From Octopus vulgaris (Eukaryota): 64,000 bases of DNA. The notes beneath the pieces were generated by a model. It was not told where the DNA came from. It did no database searches and worked only from the letters and a program-made list of their open reading frames with translations. The translations under genes were made by a program, and so were the position numbers. The stretch covers positions 50,220,001 to 50,284,000 of the forward strand of contig OX597818.1 of the NCBI GenBank assembly GCA_951406725.2. Direction: 5' to 3'. This document shows, in pieces, positions 39,966 to 53,310 of this stretch; position 1 is the stretch's first letter; each line of letters starts with the position of its first letter.

Positions 39966-40906
39966 TGATCAAAAAGTCATGTTTTTGGATCCCTGTGGTG
40001 CATTATGGCCTTGAGTAAAACACTTTACTTCATGTTGTTCCTATCCAGTCAGCTGGCAAAAATGAGTTGTACCTGTTATTGAAAAGGGCCAGCCTTGTCA
40101 CATTCTGTGTCACACTCAACCTCCCTGAGAACTATGTTAAGGGTACACATGTCTGTTGAGTGCTCAGCCACTTGCATACTAACAGCAATAGTTGTTTATA
40201 GATTGCTGTTATTTACCTTTATTTATGTTAATAAATCTATTCAAAATAAATTTATCAACATATTCGATAGTTAACCCATAAAGGGCTGGAATTTGCATGG
40301 TGTTTGGGACATAAATGAATATGAAATTTTGATTGAAGGTTTTAATTTAAAACAAGAAGTTTATTTAAAAAGAAAAGATAAGAAAAGAAACTAAGGCAGT
40401 CCTTGGTTGATATGAAAAGGGTTAAGGGAGTTAATATTCTCCTTTTGAGGGCCCAGTGCTCAGAATATATGAAGGGTAAGTTTGTAAAAAGGAGAGAATC
40501 TTATTGCAGACTATATACAAAAAAATGTGATATTTCCTTTTTGCAAATAATATTTTGGTCGTATGAAACAAATTCTGATTTATTTTATAATTTGTTGACG
40601 AAACTGAATGCAGTACAACTTTGCTTTAAGCATTTCATAAACAGAATTACATTTTTTCAATGTTTTTATATAACTAGTATAGATTTTGACATAAAAGATT
40701 TTTAATTTGGTTTGAAATCCTCGTCATCGTCATCGTTTATTTATGATTTCTTCCTTTCATAATAATTTCATTTATGAATTATCTGAATTACCTGAATATT
40801 AATAGTTTCTTTGAATAAATGAGAAAGATAGCTGCTTCTATTTAGAGATATAAATAATAAAATCTAATTTTGATTAACCATTTTTCTGTCTTCTTTTATC
40901 TTTTAG

Positions 40907-41078
40907 GATCGTGAATGGCTGGAAGGAGCACTCAATAGTTTGACCGAGAGTCCCGTTAGGCGTATGAAAGAATGTATCCGTATTCTAAAGTCTCCAAATA
41001 GTGAAAATGAAGATGACGACAAAGAGGCTGCTCTTGAAGAATTACTTGAATGGTGTGAATATATAGATTTTGCAATTG
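40907..41078 (+). CDS. HSPBP1: HSPBP1 exon 2 (DREWLEGALNSLTESPVRRMKECIRILKSPNSENEDDDKEAALEELLEWCEYIDFAI)
   Basis: Polypyrimidine tract + TTTTAG acceptor, ATTG|GTAAGT donor, phase 0 to 1; Fes1 motifs R.WL..AL and ALE.L...CE.ID.A. Not in the ORF track. Confidence 0.93.
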
Positions 41079-41420
41079 GTAAGTGGTGATATTCAATTCA
41101 TTTTTCTTATACTAAGAGTTCTTCCTTTTCATGGCTATGGCACCTTATTCTAAATTTAGGAACTTTCAATAAATATTTCTACAGAAACTAAGGCAGCAAG
41201 ATGGCAGAATCATTTGTATGCCAGGCAAAAGGCTTCATGGCATTTCGTCTCTCCTTACATTCTGAGTTCAAATTCCACTGAGGTTGACTTTGCCTTTCTT
41301 TATTTTGGGATCGATATAAGTACCAGTTAGACACTGGGGTTAATAATGTAATTGACTTACTCCTCCCAAAAATAGCTGGCCTTGTGCCAAAATTTGAAGC
41401 CAATATTTCTACAGAAACTA

Positions 41421-41690
41421 TATCATCATCATCATCATCATCGTTTAACATCTGCCTTCCATGCTAGCATGGGTTGGACGATTTTGACTAAGGGCTGGCA
41501 AACCAGATGGCTGCTCCAATCTTGATCTGGCAGAGTTTCTACAGCTGGATGCCTTTCCTAATGCCAACCACTCCGAGAGTGTAGTGGGTGCTTTTTACGT
41601 GCCACTGGCACGGGGGCCAGTCAGGCGGTACTCGCAATGACCTCGCTCGAATCTTTTTACACATGCCACCAGCACAGGTGCCAGTAGGGT
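41421..41690 (-). mobile_element. SINE family C
   Basis: (CAT)n CGTTTAAC...CTACAGCTGGATGCC; further minus-strand copies at ~26963, 44903, 46101, 47565, 49423, 50656, 51138. Confidence 0.85.
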
Positions 41691-42227
41691 TTTGAATTCA
41701 GTTGAACAAAGTAGCTTTGTTATCAAATATGTCAAAAAAACTGCCTTCATCTCTTGAGTTCTGCTTTTGTCTTCTGCCAATTTGAATTTTTATACATTTA
41801 CACTTTTACTTGTTTTGCATTGATAAAGGCTAATACTGTTCTCATATTGCCATCACTGTTGTTGTTATTTAGCCCTGACCCATCAGTTTACCCCTTTCCT
41901 TTCCAAAGTTTTATTGAAATACCCTTCCTTTTTTACAATTAATGCTGAATTTTGTAAAATAATTTTGTCATTCTTAGCTGATGTTTGGAACAAATTAACA
42001 AAAATTTTGCTGGAAAGTTTTAATTTAGATAATTTTTAAAACAAGAAGTTTCTATCATAGAACAAAGGGCATTCTCAGGTGGGTTAGTATCAAATGGTTT
42101 AGTGGTATCTAGGACTGATTTCATTATTGAAAGTGTCCTCCCCGTATTTTAAAATGATAAGGTGTAATTTGGCTGATATTTTTAGCAGGTCTGGCAATTG
42201 CAGAGAGGTTTCCTTTGTTGGATTAAC

Positions 42228-42998
42228 AATTACTACTTCTGCCTTAGCGAAGGCAGAGGTATTGTTTGTAGTTGCATTTGTTTGTTTGTTTGTCCGTGGA
42301 CAAGATATCTCAAGAACTGCTGGACGGATTTGGATGAAACTTTCAGGGATGTTTGGTCTCATGACTGGCATGAACTGATTAGATTTTGGGATCAATCTGG
42401 CACCAGACAAGGATTCTGGATTATTTGTTATATTTACTTTACATGATTACGATCTTATGTTAACTTTGAAGTCTTTCTCAATTATCTCCCTTTAGGCTGT
42501 AACTGTTTTGAATGGTGAATTTGTTAACTTTCTACTACCACCTTCACATTCTATGACTACTATTGGGATCGATCAGGTACCGGACAAAGATTCTGGATTA
42601 TTTCTCCAGTTTTTATACCTAAGTTTTGAGAGCGGTCAGGTTCATTTTTAGTATTCACGTTTGTGAGTGCTCTCGAGTTTATTTTAGATGTTCTCATTTT
42701 AAAAATCGTCTGGCAGCCAGCCTCGTCTGGCACCTGTGTCGGTGGCACATAAAAAGCACCCACTACACTCACAGAGTGGTTGGCGTTAGGAAGGACATCC
42801 AGCTGTAGAAACACTGCCAGATCTGACTGGCCTGGTGCAGCCTTCGGGCTTCCCAGACTCCAGTTGAACCGTCCAACCCATGCTAGCATGGAAAGCAGAC
42901 GTTAAACGATGATGATGATGATGATCTCTGGCTAATCATTGAGAGGACGTTGGTGTTGCCTTGACGAAGGTTTGCACTCTCTGGGTGCTCTTCTTATA
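42228..42998 (+). mobile_element. Helentron-associated (DINE-1/HINE-like) non-autonomous element, with a family C SINE nested at ~42712-42922
   Basis: 5' hairpin TCTGCCTTAGCGAAGGCAGA, (GTTT)n, GACGGATTTGGATGAAACTT motif, internal repeat, 3' CCTTGACGAAGG and GCACTCTCTGGGTGC stem-loop. Confidence 0.6.
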
Positions 42999-43189
42999 TT
43001 TGTTCTAATATATAATCATTGTTGTCCTTTGTTTCCAATCTTCCTTGGAAACATGTCTGGTTATAGCAAAATATTATCTCTTTTGGAAACCGTGAATGTT
43101 GATGACAGGAAGGACATCTGGTTGTAGAAAACCTGCCTCAACAAAATTCCACCTGTCCCGTGTGAGCATAGAACAGCGATAATATATAT

Positions 43190-43546
43190 TCTTTTATTCT
43201 TTTACTTGTTTCAACCCCAGGGCTTATTCTTTGTAAGCTTGGTACTTATTCTATCAGACTCTTTTGCTGAACTGCTAAGTTACAGGCACATAAACACATC
43301 AACATCAGTTGTCAAGTGATGGTGAGGGGGGACAAACACAGACATACAAATACATACATACATCTATATATATATATATATTTGACAGGCTTCTTTCAGT
43401 TTCCATCTACCAAATCCACTCACAATGCTTTAGTTGACTTGAGGCTATAGTAGAAGATACTTGCACAAGGTGCCACACAGTGGGACTGAACCTGGAGCCA
43501 TGTGGTTGGGAAGCAAGCTTCTTACCATACAGCCACTCCTGTGCCT
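43190..43546 (-). mobile_element. SINE family A
   Basis: Reverse complement of family A. Confidence 0.82.
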
Positions 43547-44532
43547 ATGTATTTTGATGATATATATGTATATGTATCAACAAAAGGGACACAGTAAAGT
43601 GTGACATGCAGCTAAAATAGGGCTCAGTAATGGATTCTACACTGCACTTCAGTATCCAGTGTAATATGACACTGGGCATCAACCTTGAGACAGGCTTGCA
43701 TGTGGAAGACAAGGCAAATAATAGGGAAGAAATAATGACAAGCTAAAAATGGGTGTGGTAGTCAGTGTTTTATAGGACATAAATGTGTGTCAGCAAAATG
43801 CCGAAATGATTACATAACAGTCATAAAAGCATTGTGCCTTCGTGCACCTCACCTCATCAGTGTCCTGCAATAAATACAACAAATGTATGCATTTTCCCTG
43901 TTACACAAATAATCAACAACCTCACATATCGCATAAAATAGCAGGAGACAAAGCATTATGTCAAGGAAGTCCAAACAATGCCATGCCCCTCTCAAAACCA
44001 AATATGTTCCGAGAGAGAGTGTTTGAGAGAAAAGAAAGCTTATAAAACCATAAACAAAAGAAAAGCAACAATACAAGGAGTAAGGAAAATGCTGACGAAA
44101 TTGATAGCATAAGCCAGCTAGGGCTGTCGGAAAGATATAAATGCACATCCAAAACCCATACATACAGCACAAAGAAATGTATACACACACATACACAAAT
44201 CCATCCGTGTATTCCTATAGAAACACAAAATATGCATACCTTATAAATCACACATCCAGGTATCTAACCATTATTCTGTCTTTCAATGGAACTACTCAAC
44301 CAACCATCAACAGAAATGTATAAATATATAAATTCAAATAAAAGTTACAAACCTCATTAAGGGATAGCAAAATCCTATGAAAGCACTGGTTAATTACCTA
44401 TACAAAGAATGTTGAACATTACAGTTAATACTCAACTGCAAGGTAACCATGGTTTATATATATTTATTTATTATTATAAGATAAGAAAATAGAAAAATAA
44501 TAAATCATTATTTATTTAATAAAAAAATTGAC

Positions 44533-44628
44533 AAACATCCTTTACAGCTGTTTCAGATCAAGACTTTCAGAAAATTAATTAATAAAATTTAAAATTATTT
44601 GAAAGCTGAATCTCATCAGGGATAGTTT
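44533..44628 (-). ncRNA. Hammerhead-ribozyme-like motif of a Penelope-like element
   Basis: Minus strand AAACTATCC-CTGATGA-[stem II GAT..GCTTTCA/TGAAAGT..ATC]-T-GAAA-CAGCTG-TA-AAGGATGTTT: palindromic stem III, GUA site, imperfect stem I. Confidence 0.55.
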
Positions 44629-45861
44629 AAGATATACATAATAGGAGTTCAGTTACTGCATGTTGAGTAAACAGTTGCAAACCATTAACTGTAAGGAATG
44701 TTTGTCAATGTTTTAATTAATAAATAATCATTTATTAATTATCTCTCTATTTTCTTATCTTATTATAATGAATATATAAATACATAGACAATACATATAT
44801 ATATGCATATAAAATATAATATACATACACAAATATATAAAAAGGAGTAAATGGATAAAAGCTACATGCATATATCTGTATATACATACAAAATACATTC
44901 ATACATCATCATCATCATCATCATCGTTTAGCGTCCACTTTCCATGCTAGCATGGGTTGGACGGTTCAACTTGGGTCTGGGAAGCCAGAAGGCTGCACCA
45001 GGCCCAGTCTGATCTGGCAATCTTTCTATGGCTGGATGCCCTTCCTAACGCCAACCACTCCATGAGTGTAGTGGGTGCTTTTTACGTGCAAGACGAGGCT
45101 GGCAAACGGCCACGATCAGATGGTGTGCCACCGGCACGGAGGCCAGTCGGGGCGGCGCTGGCAATGGCCACGTTCAGATGGTTCTCTTATGTGCCACCGG
45201 CACTGATATTACAGCTACAATTTCCATTGAGGTTGATCGATACACATATTAAATATATATATATACTTGCATATGCACTCAAAAACCTCTACATGTACAT
45301 AAAAATACACATGCATTAACATTTACACGTGTGTATATCTGTAAATACGCAAACACTGAAATAACGTAAAAAAAGATCGAAGTATATTATGAAGGGCCAT
45401 AAACTTCACAAGTCAACAGATCAACCAGGTCCACAGGAGTGGGGAATACACTGCACCAATGGAGAAGGGCATTGCCTGGGATAAATGCATAAAATGTTCT
45501 GGGAGTGGTGCAAATATAATCAGGAGTAGGGGCCAGCTGTAATCCATATTATATCCTTGTAGATGCAGTGTAACTCACATCCTATACCCTAGGATGGTGT
45601 AGTTGATCCTGCATTTCCAAAGTTAGAGAACCTATGAGGCTACTGTCTATATAAGCACATCCTGCCAAAGTTCATTTTGCTTTTAGTTCTCCTTGGTGTT
45701 GATAAAATAAAGAATTGGTCAGGTACTTGGGGTTGATGTCATTGACCGTTTTGGGTGGGTTTTTTTTTGTCTATGTTAAGAATTCTTTTATCTTGAAAAT
45801 ATTGTTAACTTGTTTGAGAATTATAATTACATCATGTTTTCCTGTTTTCTCTTTATTCTAG

Positions 45862-46083
45862 ATTTCTTTAAAATTGGAGGTTTTGATATCCTGCCAAGTC
45901 TTCTTCATGATCCCAATTCAGAATTACGCTGGAGGACGCTCGACCTTATTGCAGCCCTTGTTCAAAATAACCCATTCTGTCAGAAGGCAGTATTAGATTC
46001 TGAGTTACTCAACACAATGATGGATGTACTGGACAATGATTCCACTACCAGTGTCCGTATCAAGGCATTGTATGCTATTTCAT
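45862..46083 (+). CDS. HSPBP1: HSPBP1 exon 3 (DFFKIGGFDILPSLLHDPNSELRWRTLDLIAALVQNNPFCQKAVL...VRIKALYAIS)
   Basis: TTCTAG acceptor, T|GTAAGA donor, phase 1/1; diagnostic QNNP..Q and KALYAIS armadillo motifs. Confidence 0.96.
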
Positions 46084-46721
46084 GTAAGAGGCTTCTTTTC
46101 TTCATCATCATCATCATCGTTTAACGTCTGTTTTCCATGCTAGCATGGATTAGATGGTTCGACCGGGGTCTGAGAAGCCAAGAGGCTGCACCAGGCTCCA
46201 GTCTAATCTGGCAGTGTTTCTACAGCTGGATGCCCTTCCTAACGCCAACCACTCCGTGAGTGTAGTGGGTGCTTTTTACGTGCCACTGACACGGAAGCCA
46301 GTCAAGGCAGCGCTGGCATCGGCCACACACAGATGGTGTTTTTTACGTGCCAGGGTAGGCTGGCAATGGCCACGAACGGTTGGTGCTTTTTACGTGCCAC
46401 CGGCACATAAAATGTTGGAACAGCTCATATGAGTTGATATGTTTTTAAAGTTGCCCATTCAGCTGTGAAATAAAGGTTGTCACTACTTAAAATTTATTGT
46501 TCTTTTACACTAATTCAATCTTTATCAAATAACCAGAAATATGATCAAAGGGTGTTCCAGCTGTTATCAGCTTGTCCAATGTGGTTTTTACCCTTCAAGG
46601 AAAATACTTTGCTACAACTTGTATAATCTGAGTGATCTGTTAAAGCTTCTCTTGGAGACGTATTTCACACTTATATTGCTGTAGCTACTTTATCTTATTT
46701 AGCAGTTTATCTGCTCTGTGG

Positions 46722-47030
46722 ACTTAATAATAAAAGAAGTAATGAAATTATTGTATACAGTGCTCAGGTGCACCACAACTTGTCAAAAGTGCATATAAAG
46801 CATATGCAGTAATGTACAAATGTCTGGGAAGCAAACAGTGTATGAGTCAGATACATGCTTGCGTGTGTATGGAGGGGAGAAAATCAGGTGTAGTGTTGGC
46901 GAATCTCAGGAAGCATGGAAGTTTTGAAGGATGCAGTACTCCGACAACTAACAACTGATGCTGGTAGTTTGTTCCATGCTTCAGCAACTCATAGTGTGAA
47001 AAAATATTTCCAAAAGTCATGGGAGCTGTG
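46722..47030 (-). mobile_element. CR1-type LINE 3' end
   Basis: Minus-strand peptide FFTL*VAEAWNKLPASVVSCRSTASFK fits the CR1 ORF2 C-terminal motif. Confidence 0.7.
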
Positions 47031-48311
47031 TAAAGTTAGTGTTATTATATTTAAGGTATTCGAGGTTGACTTTGCCTTTCATCCTTTTGGGGTCGATAAA
47101 TTAAGTACCAGTTGCGTACTGGGGTTGATGTAATCAGCTATTCCCCTCCCCACAAATTTCAAGCCTTGTGCTTTCAGTAGAAAGGGTTATTATATTTAAG
47201 GTAGTTATAATATACGTTACTGAAGTAAATTGCTCAGGGATGCCATCCATATAAAAAAACAAAATAGCAGTTGAGATATAATTAACACATTTCATGCATT
47301 GATCATCAAAAATGTAATTAGGGGGAAAAGATGACATTAGTTTTGTGGAACAGTTTAATTATTCTAAGACTTGTATCTAAGCTGTGTCATCATTAATTTG
47401 TTATTAAATGTGTTAGATCGATTGGAGCTATGTCTCTCACAATTAACTCTACAGAGATATGGTAATACTGTTAATCAAAAATTAACTTGTTCATACATGT
47501 ATGACAAGCTCCCTACAGTCTCCATTCACCAAATTCACTCACATGTCGTTCATCAGCTTCTTCATCATCATCTTCGTTTAACGTCCACTTTCCATGCTAG
47601 CATGGGTTGGATGGTTCGACTGGGGTCTGGGAAGCCAGGAGGCTGCACCAGGCTCCAGTTTGATCTGGCAGTGTTTCTACAGCTGGATGCCCTTCCTAAT
47701 GCCAACCACTCCGTAAGTGTAGTGGGTGCTTTTTACGTGCCAGGCAAGGCTGGCAATGGCCACGATCAGTTGGTGCTTTTTTTGTGCCACCATCACGGAA
47801 GCCAGTCGAGGCGGCGCTGGCAACGGTCACGTTCGGATAAGTCACTTGCTGAAGATACTAGACGATGGAAATGAGTTTCAAACCACATTGGCAAAGTGAA
47901 CTTCTTCATGTAACCAGTGCACTTTTTTCTTAATTTAAGTCCTTATACTGTAACTGTGCTGGGGCATCATTTTCTAGAGTATACTCAATTACACTCACCC
48001 CTGTATATATGTTATCAGTCTTGAGAGGTTTACACTCAACATGTATTGCAATTGGATTTGAACTCAGAGCATAAAGAAATTCAACTAAATGCCACAAGTT
48101 ATTTTATCTGATTCTCTACCAATTTTACTACTGACTGTCACTACTCTTGTGCATGTATTCAATTAAGAGAGATGATAGTTTGTGTGTGTGTGTGTGTGTA
48201 CGTACACAGAGCAAGAAAGAGAGAGATTGAGGCATCATAACTGTAATTAAAAAATATATATATATAAAAAAAATGCATTGTTATTGAAAGGTTTCCTCTT
48301 ATCTACAACAG

Positions 48312-48467
48312 GTTTATGCCGAGAAGAACCATCAGCACAAGATAATTTTATCAAAAGAGATGGGTTCTCTTACTTGATGAGAGCTATGCAAGCTGATGTT
48401 GAAAAGCTCAAAATAAAATCTGCTTTCTTGTTGCGGAATATTGTTAACCAAAAGCCTGCAGTGAAAG
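48312..48467 (+). CDS. HSPBP1: HSPBP1 exon 4 (CLCREEPSAQDNFIKRDGFSYLMRAMQADVEKLKIKSAFLLRNIVNQKPAVK)
   Basis: ACAG acceptor, AAAG|GTAGGT donor, phase 1/1; DGFS.LMRAMQ..V.KLK.KSAFLL motif as I recall from vertebrate HSPBP1. Confidence 0.96.
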
Positions 48468-49768
48468 GTAGGTTTCATGGATTATAAGTATTCCAATTTT
48501 AGAGGTGATATGTTATTGTTGTAATAGGAATAGATTTTTTTTTTTTTTGCATAAATTTCTTAGTTTTCAAAAATTTTGTGTCAGAATTGATGAAGAGTAA
48601 AGTTGCTCGTTACAAGTTTCCAGTAGATTAATTACCACATTTCTGACTGAGAGTGAGAAGGAAGTGTCTATGACTTGGCGCAGGATTAATATATATAACA
48701 AAAGGACATTATTGAAGGAGCACCAGTATTTCTGTTTTTATGATCTTGTACATCAGTGAAGGCTATTGCATACATATATGACAGGCTTCCACACAATTTC
48801 CATTTACCTCATTCCATACTCTCAAGTCCGACTCTAAGCTGTATTCAAGGTTCTCTGGTTCAAACCTAGAACCATGAGGTTGCAATTCCAACTCCTGGAC
48901 CAGATTATTACATCTGCTGCCTACCAAGATCTTTGTGGAATGGACCTTTTTAATTTTAACCGTGTGGATTTTAAGTTTCTGTGATGTAAATCCTAAAACA
49001 GATTTAATTAATAAAAATGACTAAGTACATGTACTTGTAAAATTAAAAACAGTTTTTCAAATAAAAATTATAGTTGCCTTCTATGAAAATTTTATTGGAA
49101 ATTATTACAAAAGCAAAATCAGAACAACTACATTCACAAGCATTTTATTTTATATTCATGATTGTAATGAACTACATTTAATGTGTTTTTGCATTATGAA
49201 GTGAATTCTATCACTAATTCTGCCTGATAGGAAGCTAAGCTCTCAATCTGTAATTTTCCCTACCACTTACTCTACTGTAGACCATATCTATATTGCTTTC
49301 CAGAAACCTATACACTGCGTTTTGTTAGTTGACTTGGTGTATTACGGAGTTAATTCCCTTGGATTATCTAATATCAAACTAATATTAGCTGCTGTTTTTT
49401 TTTTGTATATCTATGTAATTATTCATCATCATCGTTTAACGTCCGTTTTCCAGGCTGGCATGGATTGGACGGTTCGACTGGGGTCTGGGAAGCCAGGAAG
49501 CTGCACCAAGCCCCAATCTGATCTGGCAGTGTTTCTACATCTGGATGCCCTACCGGCACAGGAGCCAGAGGAGCTGGCATCGACCACGATCAGATGGTGC
49601 TTTTTACATGCCACTGGCACAGAAGCCGGTCAAGGCAGCACTGGCATCAGCCACGTTCAGCTGGTGCTTTTTATGTGCCACTATAGAATATTTCACTTCC
49701 ACCAAGGGAGAAGAAAATAAAATAAATTTTTAGCTTTTTTAGTCCAGTCTTAAATTTGACCTGTTTAA

Positions 49769-49987
49769 CCCTTTAGTGTTCAGACAATTCAATCAAACAT
49801 AATGCTTATTGATTCCCATTGATTTGAATTAATCATGCATTATCTCATATCTTCAAGATCTTGATGGTGTAATTACTTAATGTAGAATAACATTGTAGGG
49901 TAGGTGTGAGAGCCTGGATCTGGTTAGTTTGAACATAAAACAGATTAACTATTTTGGCTGGATATGGCCGGTTTAAATACTAAAGGG
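49769..49987. mobile_element. piggyBac-type MITE
   Basis: TTAA|CCCTTTAGT...ACTAAAGGG|TTAA. Confidence 0.75.
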
Positions 49988-50319
49988 TTAAACAGCTATG
50001 ATTTCTGCTTCCCTCTCTCTCTTTCGGAGAGGCACATGTACACACACGGCAGTAACTTCCGCCTGCCGAATTCAATCTCAAAGCTTCGGTTGGCTTGGGG
50101 CTATAGCGGAAGACACCTACCCAAAGTGCCACGCAGTGGGACTGAACCCGAAACCATGTAACTAGGAAGCAAGCTCCCTAACCACACAGCCAGTGCCCTT
50201 ATTTTTTTGCTTTAGTTTCATATGTAAAAAAAAAGTTTTACCAAAAATTTAATTAAATTCATCATTTTCTTAATATAAAAAGTATAATTTCTAATGTATC
50301 TGGTTCTCCTTGTTTACAG

Positions 50320-50528
50320 AGACTTTGTGTGATATGGGTATGTTGGAACAACTGATTGGACATCTGCGAGAAGACCATTCCCTTTTCCATGAACATCTTA
50401 TGGCATGTTTGTTAGCTATTCTTACTGATCATCCACGTTCTCTTGAAGACTGTAAACAACCACAGCTGGAATTTAATGAAATCTTACAACAAAAACTTAA
50501 ATCTCTACATGGAAGAGATGAATTTAGA
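50320..50528 (+). CDS. HSPBP1: HSPBP1 exon 5 (ETLCDMGMLEQLIGHLREDHSLFHEHLMACLL...GRDEFR)
   Basis: TTTACAG acceptor, AGA|GTGAGT donor, phase 1 to 0; TLC.MGM..QL and HS.FHEH motifs. Confidence 0.95.
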
Positions 50529-52139
50529 GTGAGTACATCCTGTCTGCATTCAATCTGTTGGCCATTTTTCCATGTTTACATTAGGTGTTGTAAATCTTTT
50601 GATATGAGTTCCTTTTGTTATCCCAACTGCTCTGAGCCTATTTCCAGTACAGTTATATCATCATCGTCGTTTAACATCCGCTTTCCATGCTAGCATGGGT
50701 TGGACGATTTGACTGAGGACTGGCGAACCAGATGGCTGCACCAGGCTCTAATCTTGATTTGGCAGAGTTTCTACAGCTGGATGCCCTTCCTAATGCCAAC
50801 CACTTACTAATAAATAATAATAATTATAATAATAATAATAATATGCTTGAAATTTTTGTGAAGATATATTATTTCAATATATAATATTTGGATTTGTTTT
50901 TTTTTTTATAAGTATTGTAATCTGGGTTAGACAAATAAATATAGATTCCTGCAGAGATCTTTCTACAAAGTTCCACAAAAGAGATCCCCATCTAGAATGG
51001 TACTTGTCCTTTTGAGAATTCACCACCAATAAGGTTTTGTATTGAGAGTTCACTGAAGGCAGTTCTTATCATTAAAAGTGGTTGACTAACCATAAATGCC
51101 TTAGGTTTGAACTTCCTAAGAAGTATTATTTCATTTCATCATCATCATCATCATCGTTTAACGTCCGCTTTCCATGCTAGCATGGGTTGGACGAATGACT
51201 GAGGGCTGGCGAACCAGATGGCTGCACCAGGCTTCAATCTTGATCTGGCAGAGTTTCTACAGCTGGATGCCCTTCCTAACGCCAACCACTCCGAGAGTGC
51301 ATTGGGTGCTTTTACATGTCAGTCAGGCAGTGCTGGTAACGATCATGCTTGCATGGTGCCTTTTAAGTGCCATTGGCACGGAAGCCAGTTAGCTGCTCTG
51401 TCAATGATCACATTCGTATGGTGCTCTTTGCACTCCGCTAGCATCGGATTTGATTTTGATGTTGATTGTGTTGGTCACCTTTAAATTATGTGAAATTCTT
51501 TTCCACTTGTGAAAGGTGTAAATTCATTCTCCAGAAATATTGTTACTTCATCTAATCTCTAATTTGTTAATTCAAAATAACTGAATGAATTAGGTATGAA
51601 ACGGAATTATTTCCCAAATGACAAGATATTTAGAGTGTGTAAATTCTGTTACCACTGTGAGCTTTAGAGATGGCTTTTAGCTCTTGCTTACAGACATTGA
51701 TATTACTGATGGAGTACAAGTCTTGCTTTTATCGTTCTTCTTTGTTTGCAAGTTTCTGTGGATAGATGCCGTTCCTGTCACAATTTCATGTGTGTACGTT
51801 AACAAACTGAGCCGTGAATGTATAGGGTTCTGAGGTCCTTTTATTGAATCTCTAATGTTGGTGCATCAGTCATAGAAAGGGAGCCAAACAACATGTACAA
51901 GCATCAATACATGGACACGACAGAGCCCAATAAAAATGATTCAGACCCTGATGAACTGGCACAACACATGGCAGCATAGAAAGTATATGAGTGGTCAAAC
52001 TGTCCACCCATGCCAGCATGTACAATGGACATTAAATGATGATGATGATATATATATATATATCGTATGTATGTGTGTATAAGCACAGGTATGGCTGTGC
52101 AGTTAAGAAGCTTGCTTCCCAGCTATGTGGTCTTCGGTT

Positions 52140-53112
52140 CAGTCCCACTGCATGGCACCTTGGGCAAATGTCTTCCATTAAAGCCCTAGGTTGACCTAAA
52201 CATTGTGAGTGGAAGACGGCGAGCTGGCAGAAACGTTAGTGCGCTGGGCGAAATGCTTAGCGGTATCTCGTCTGTTGTTACGTTCTGAGTTCAAATTCCG
52301 CTGAGGTCGACTTTGCCTTTCATCCTTTCGGGGTCGATAAATAAAGAACCAGTTACGCACTTGGGTCAATGTAATCGACTTAATCCATTTGTCTGTCCTT
52401 GTTTGTCCCCTCTATGTTTAGCCTGTTGTGGGTAGTAAAGAAATATAAACCTTGTGAGTGGATTTTGTAGGCAGAAACTGAAAGAAGCCCTTCGTTTGTA
52501 TATATGTATATGTGTGGTGTTATTAACGAACCTCATTGTCATAGAAGCGAGGCTGTTTATTTCTAGTTTATTTCTACTCTTCCATGAAAAACATGACCTC
52601 CTATGGGGAAATATTATCTTGCTAGGAAACAAATGGAGGGTCAGTGACAGGAAAGGCATTTGAGTCACAAAAACAATCTGTCTCAATAAATTCTGTCTGA
52701 TTCATTTTAAATATGGAAAAGTAGGCATTAAATGATGATTGTGATGATCAGTCCCACTGCATGGCACCTTGGGCAAATGTCTTCCATTAAAGCCCTGGGT
52801 TGACCTAAACCTTGTGAGTGGATTTGGTAGGTGGACACTGAAAGAAGCCCTTCGTTTGTATATATGTATGTATGTGGGTGGTGTTATTAACGAACCTCAT
52901 TGTCATAGAAGCGAAGCTGTTTATTTCTAGTTTATTTCTACTCTTCCACGAAAAACATGACCTCCTATGGGGAAATATTATCTTGCTTGAAAACAAGTGG
53001 GGGTCAGTGACAGGAAAGGCATTTGGGTCACAAAAACAATCTGTCTCAATAAATTCTGTCTGATTCATTTTAGATATGGAAAAGTAGGCATTAAATGATG
53101 ATTGTGATGATC
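52140..53112 (+). repeat. Local ~360-bp tandem duplication of a composite SINE; the first copy carries a family B SINE (52216-52445)
   Basis: 52140-52749 and 52750-53112 align; the nested SINE is flanked by TAAAC(A/C)TTGTGAGTGGA direct repeats. Confidence 0.85.
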
Positions 53113-53211
53113 TATCTATTACAAATATTCTATCCAGTTATTATGTAATTTCTCTTTATCAGACATGGTTATTTAACAGCTCTTAATATTTGAATATCGA
53201 TTTTATTGCAG

Positions 53212-53310
53212 GAAGAGCTTCAGTACACGAAAAATATATTGCAGATGTTAGGTTCAAGTGGTAGTAACAGTAGCAGTCCTGTTGGATGTGCATCTAGTGC
53301 AGGAAGGTAA
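53212..53310 (+). CDS. HSPBP1: HSPBP1 terminal coding exon 6 (EELQYTKNILQMLGSSGSNSSSPVGCASSAGR*)
   Basis: TTGCAG acceptor, phase 0, EEL.....L motif continues exon 5; the spliced CDS is 990 nt and open throughout. Confidence 0.88.
   Translation, partial: EELQYTKNILQMLGSSGSNSSSPVGCASSAGR

Noticed and set aside
39761-51484. Recurrent ORFs with FLQLDALPNANH or RRNLNSER peptides
   Set aside because: Translations of SINE families C and B, not a gene family.
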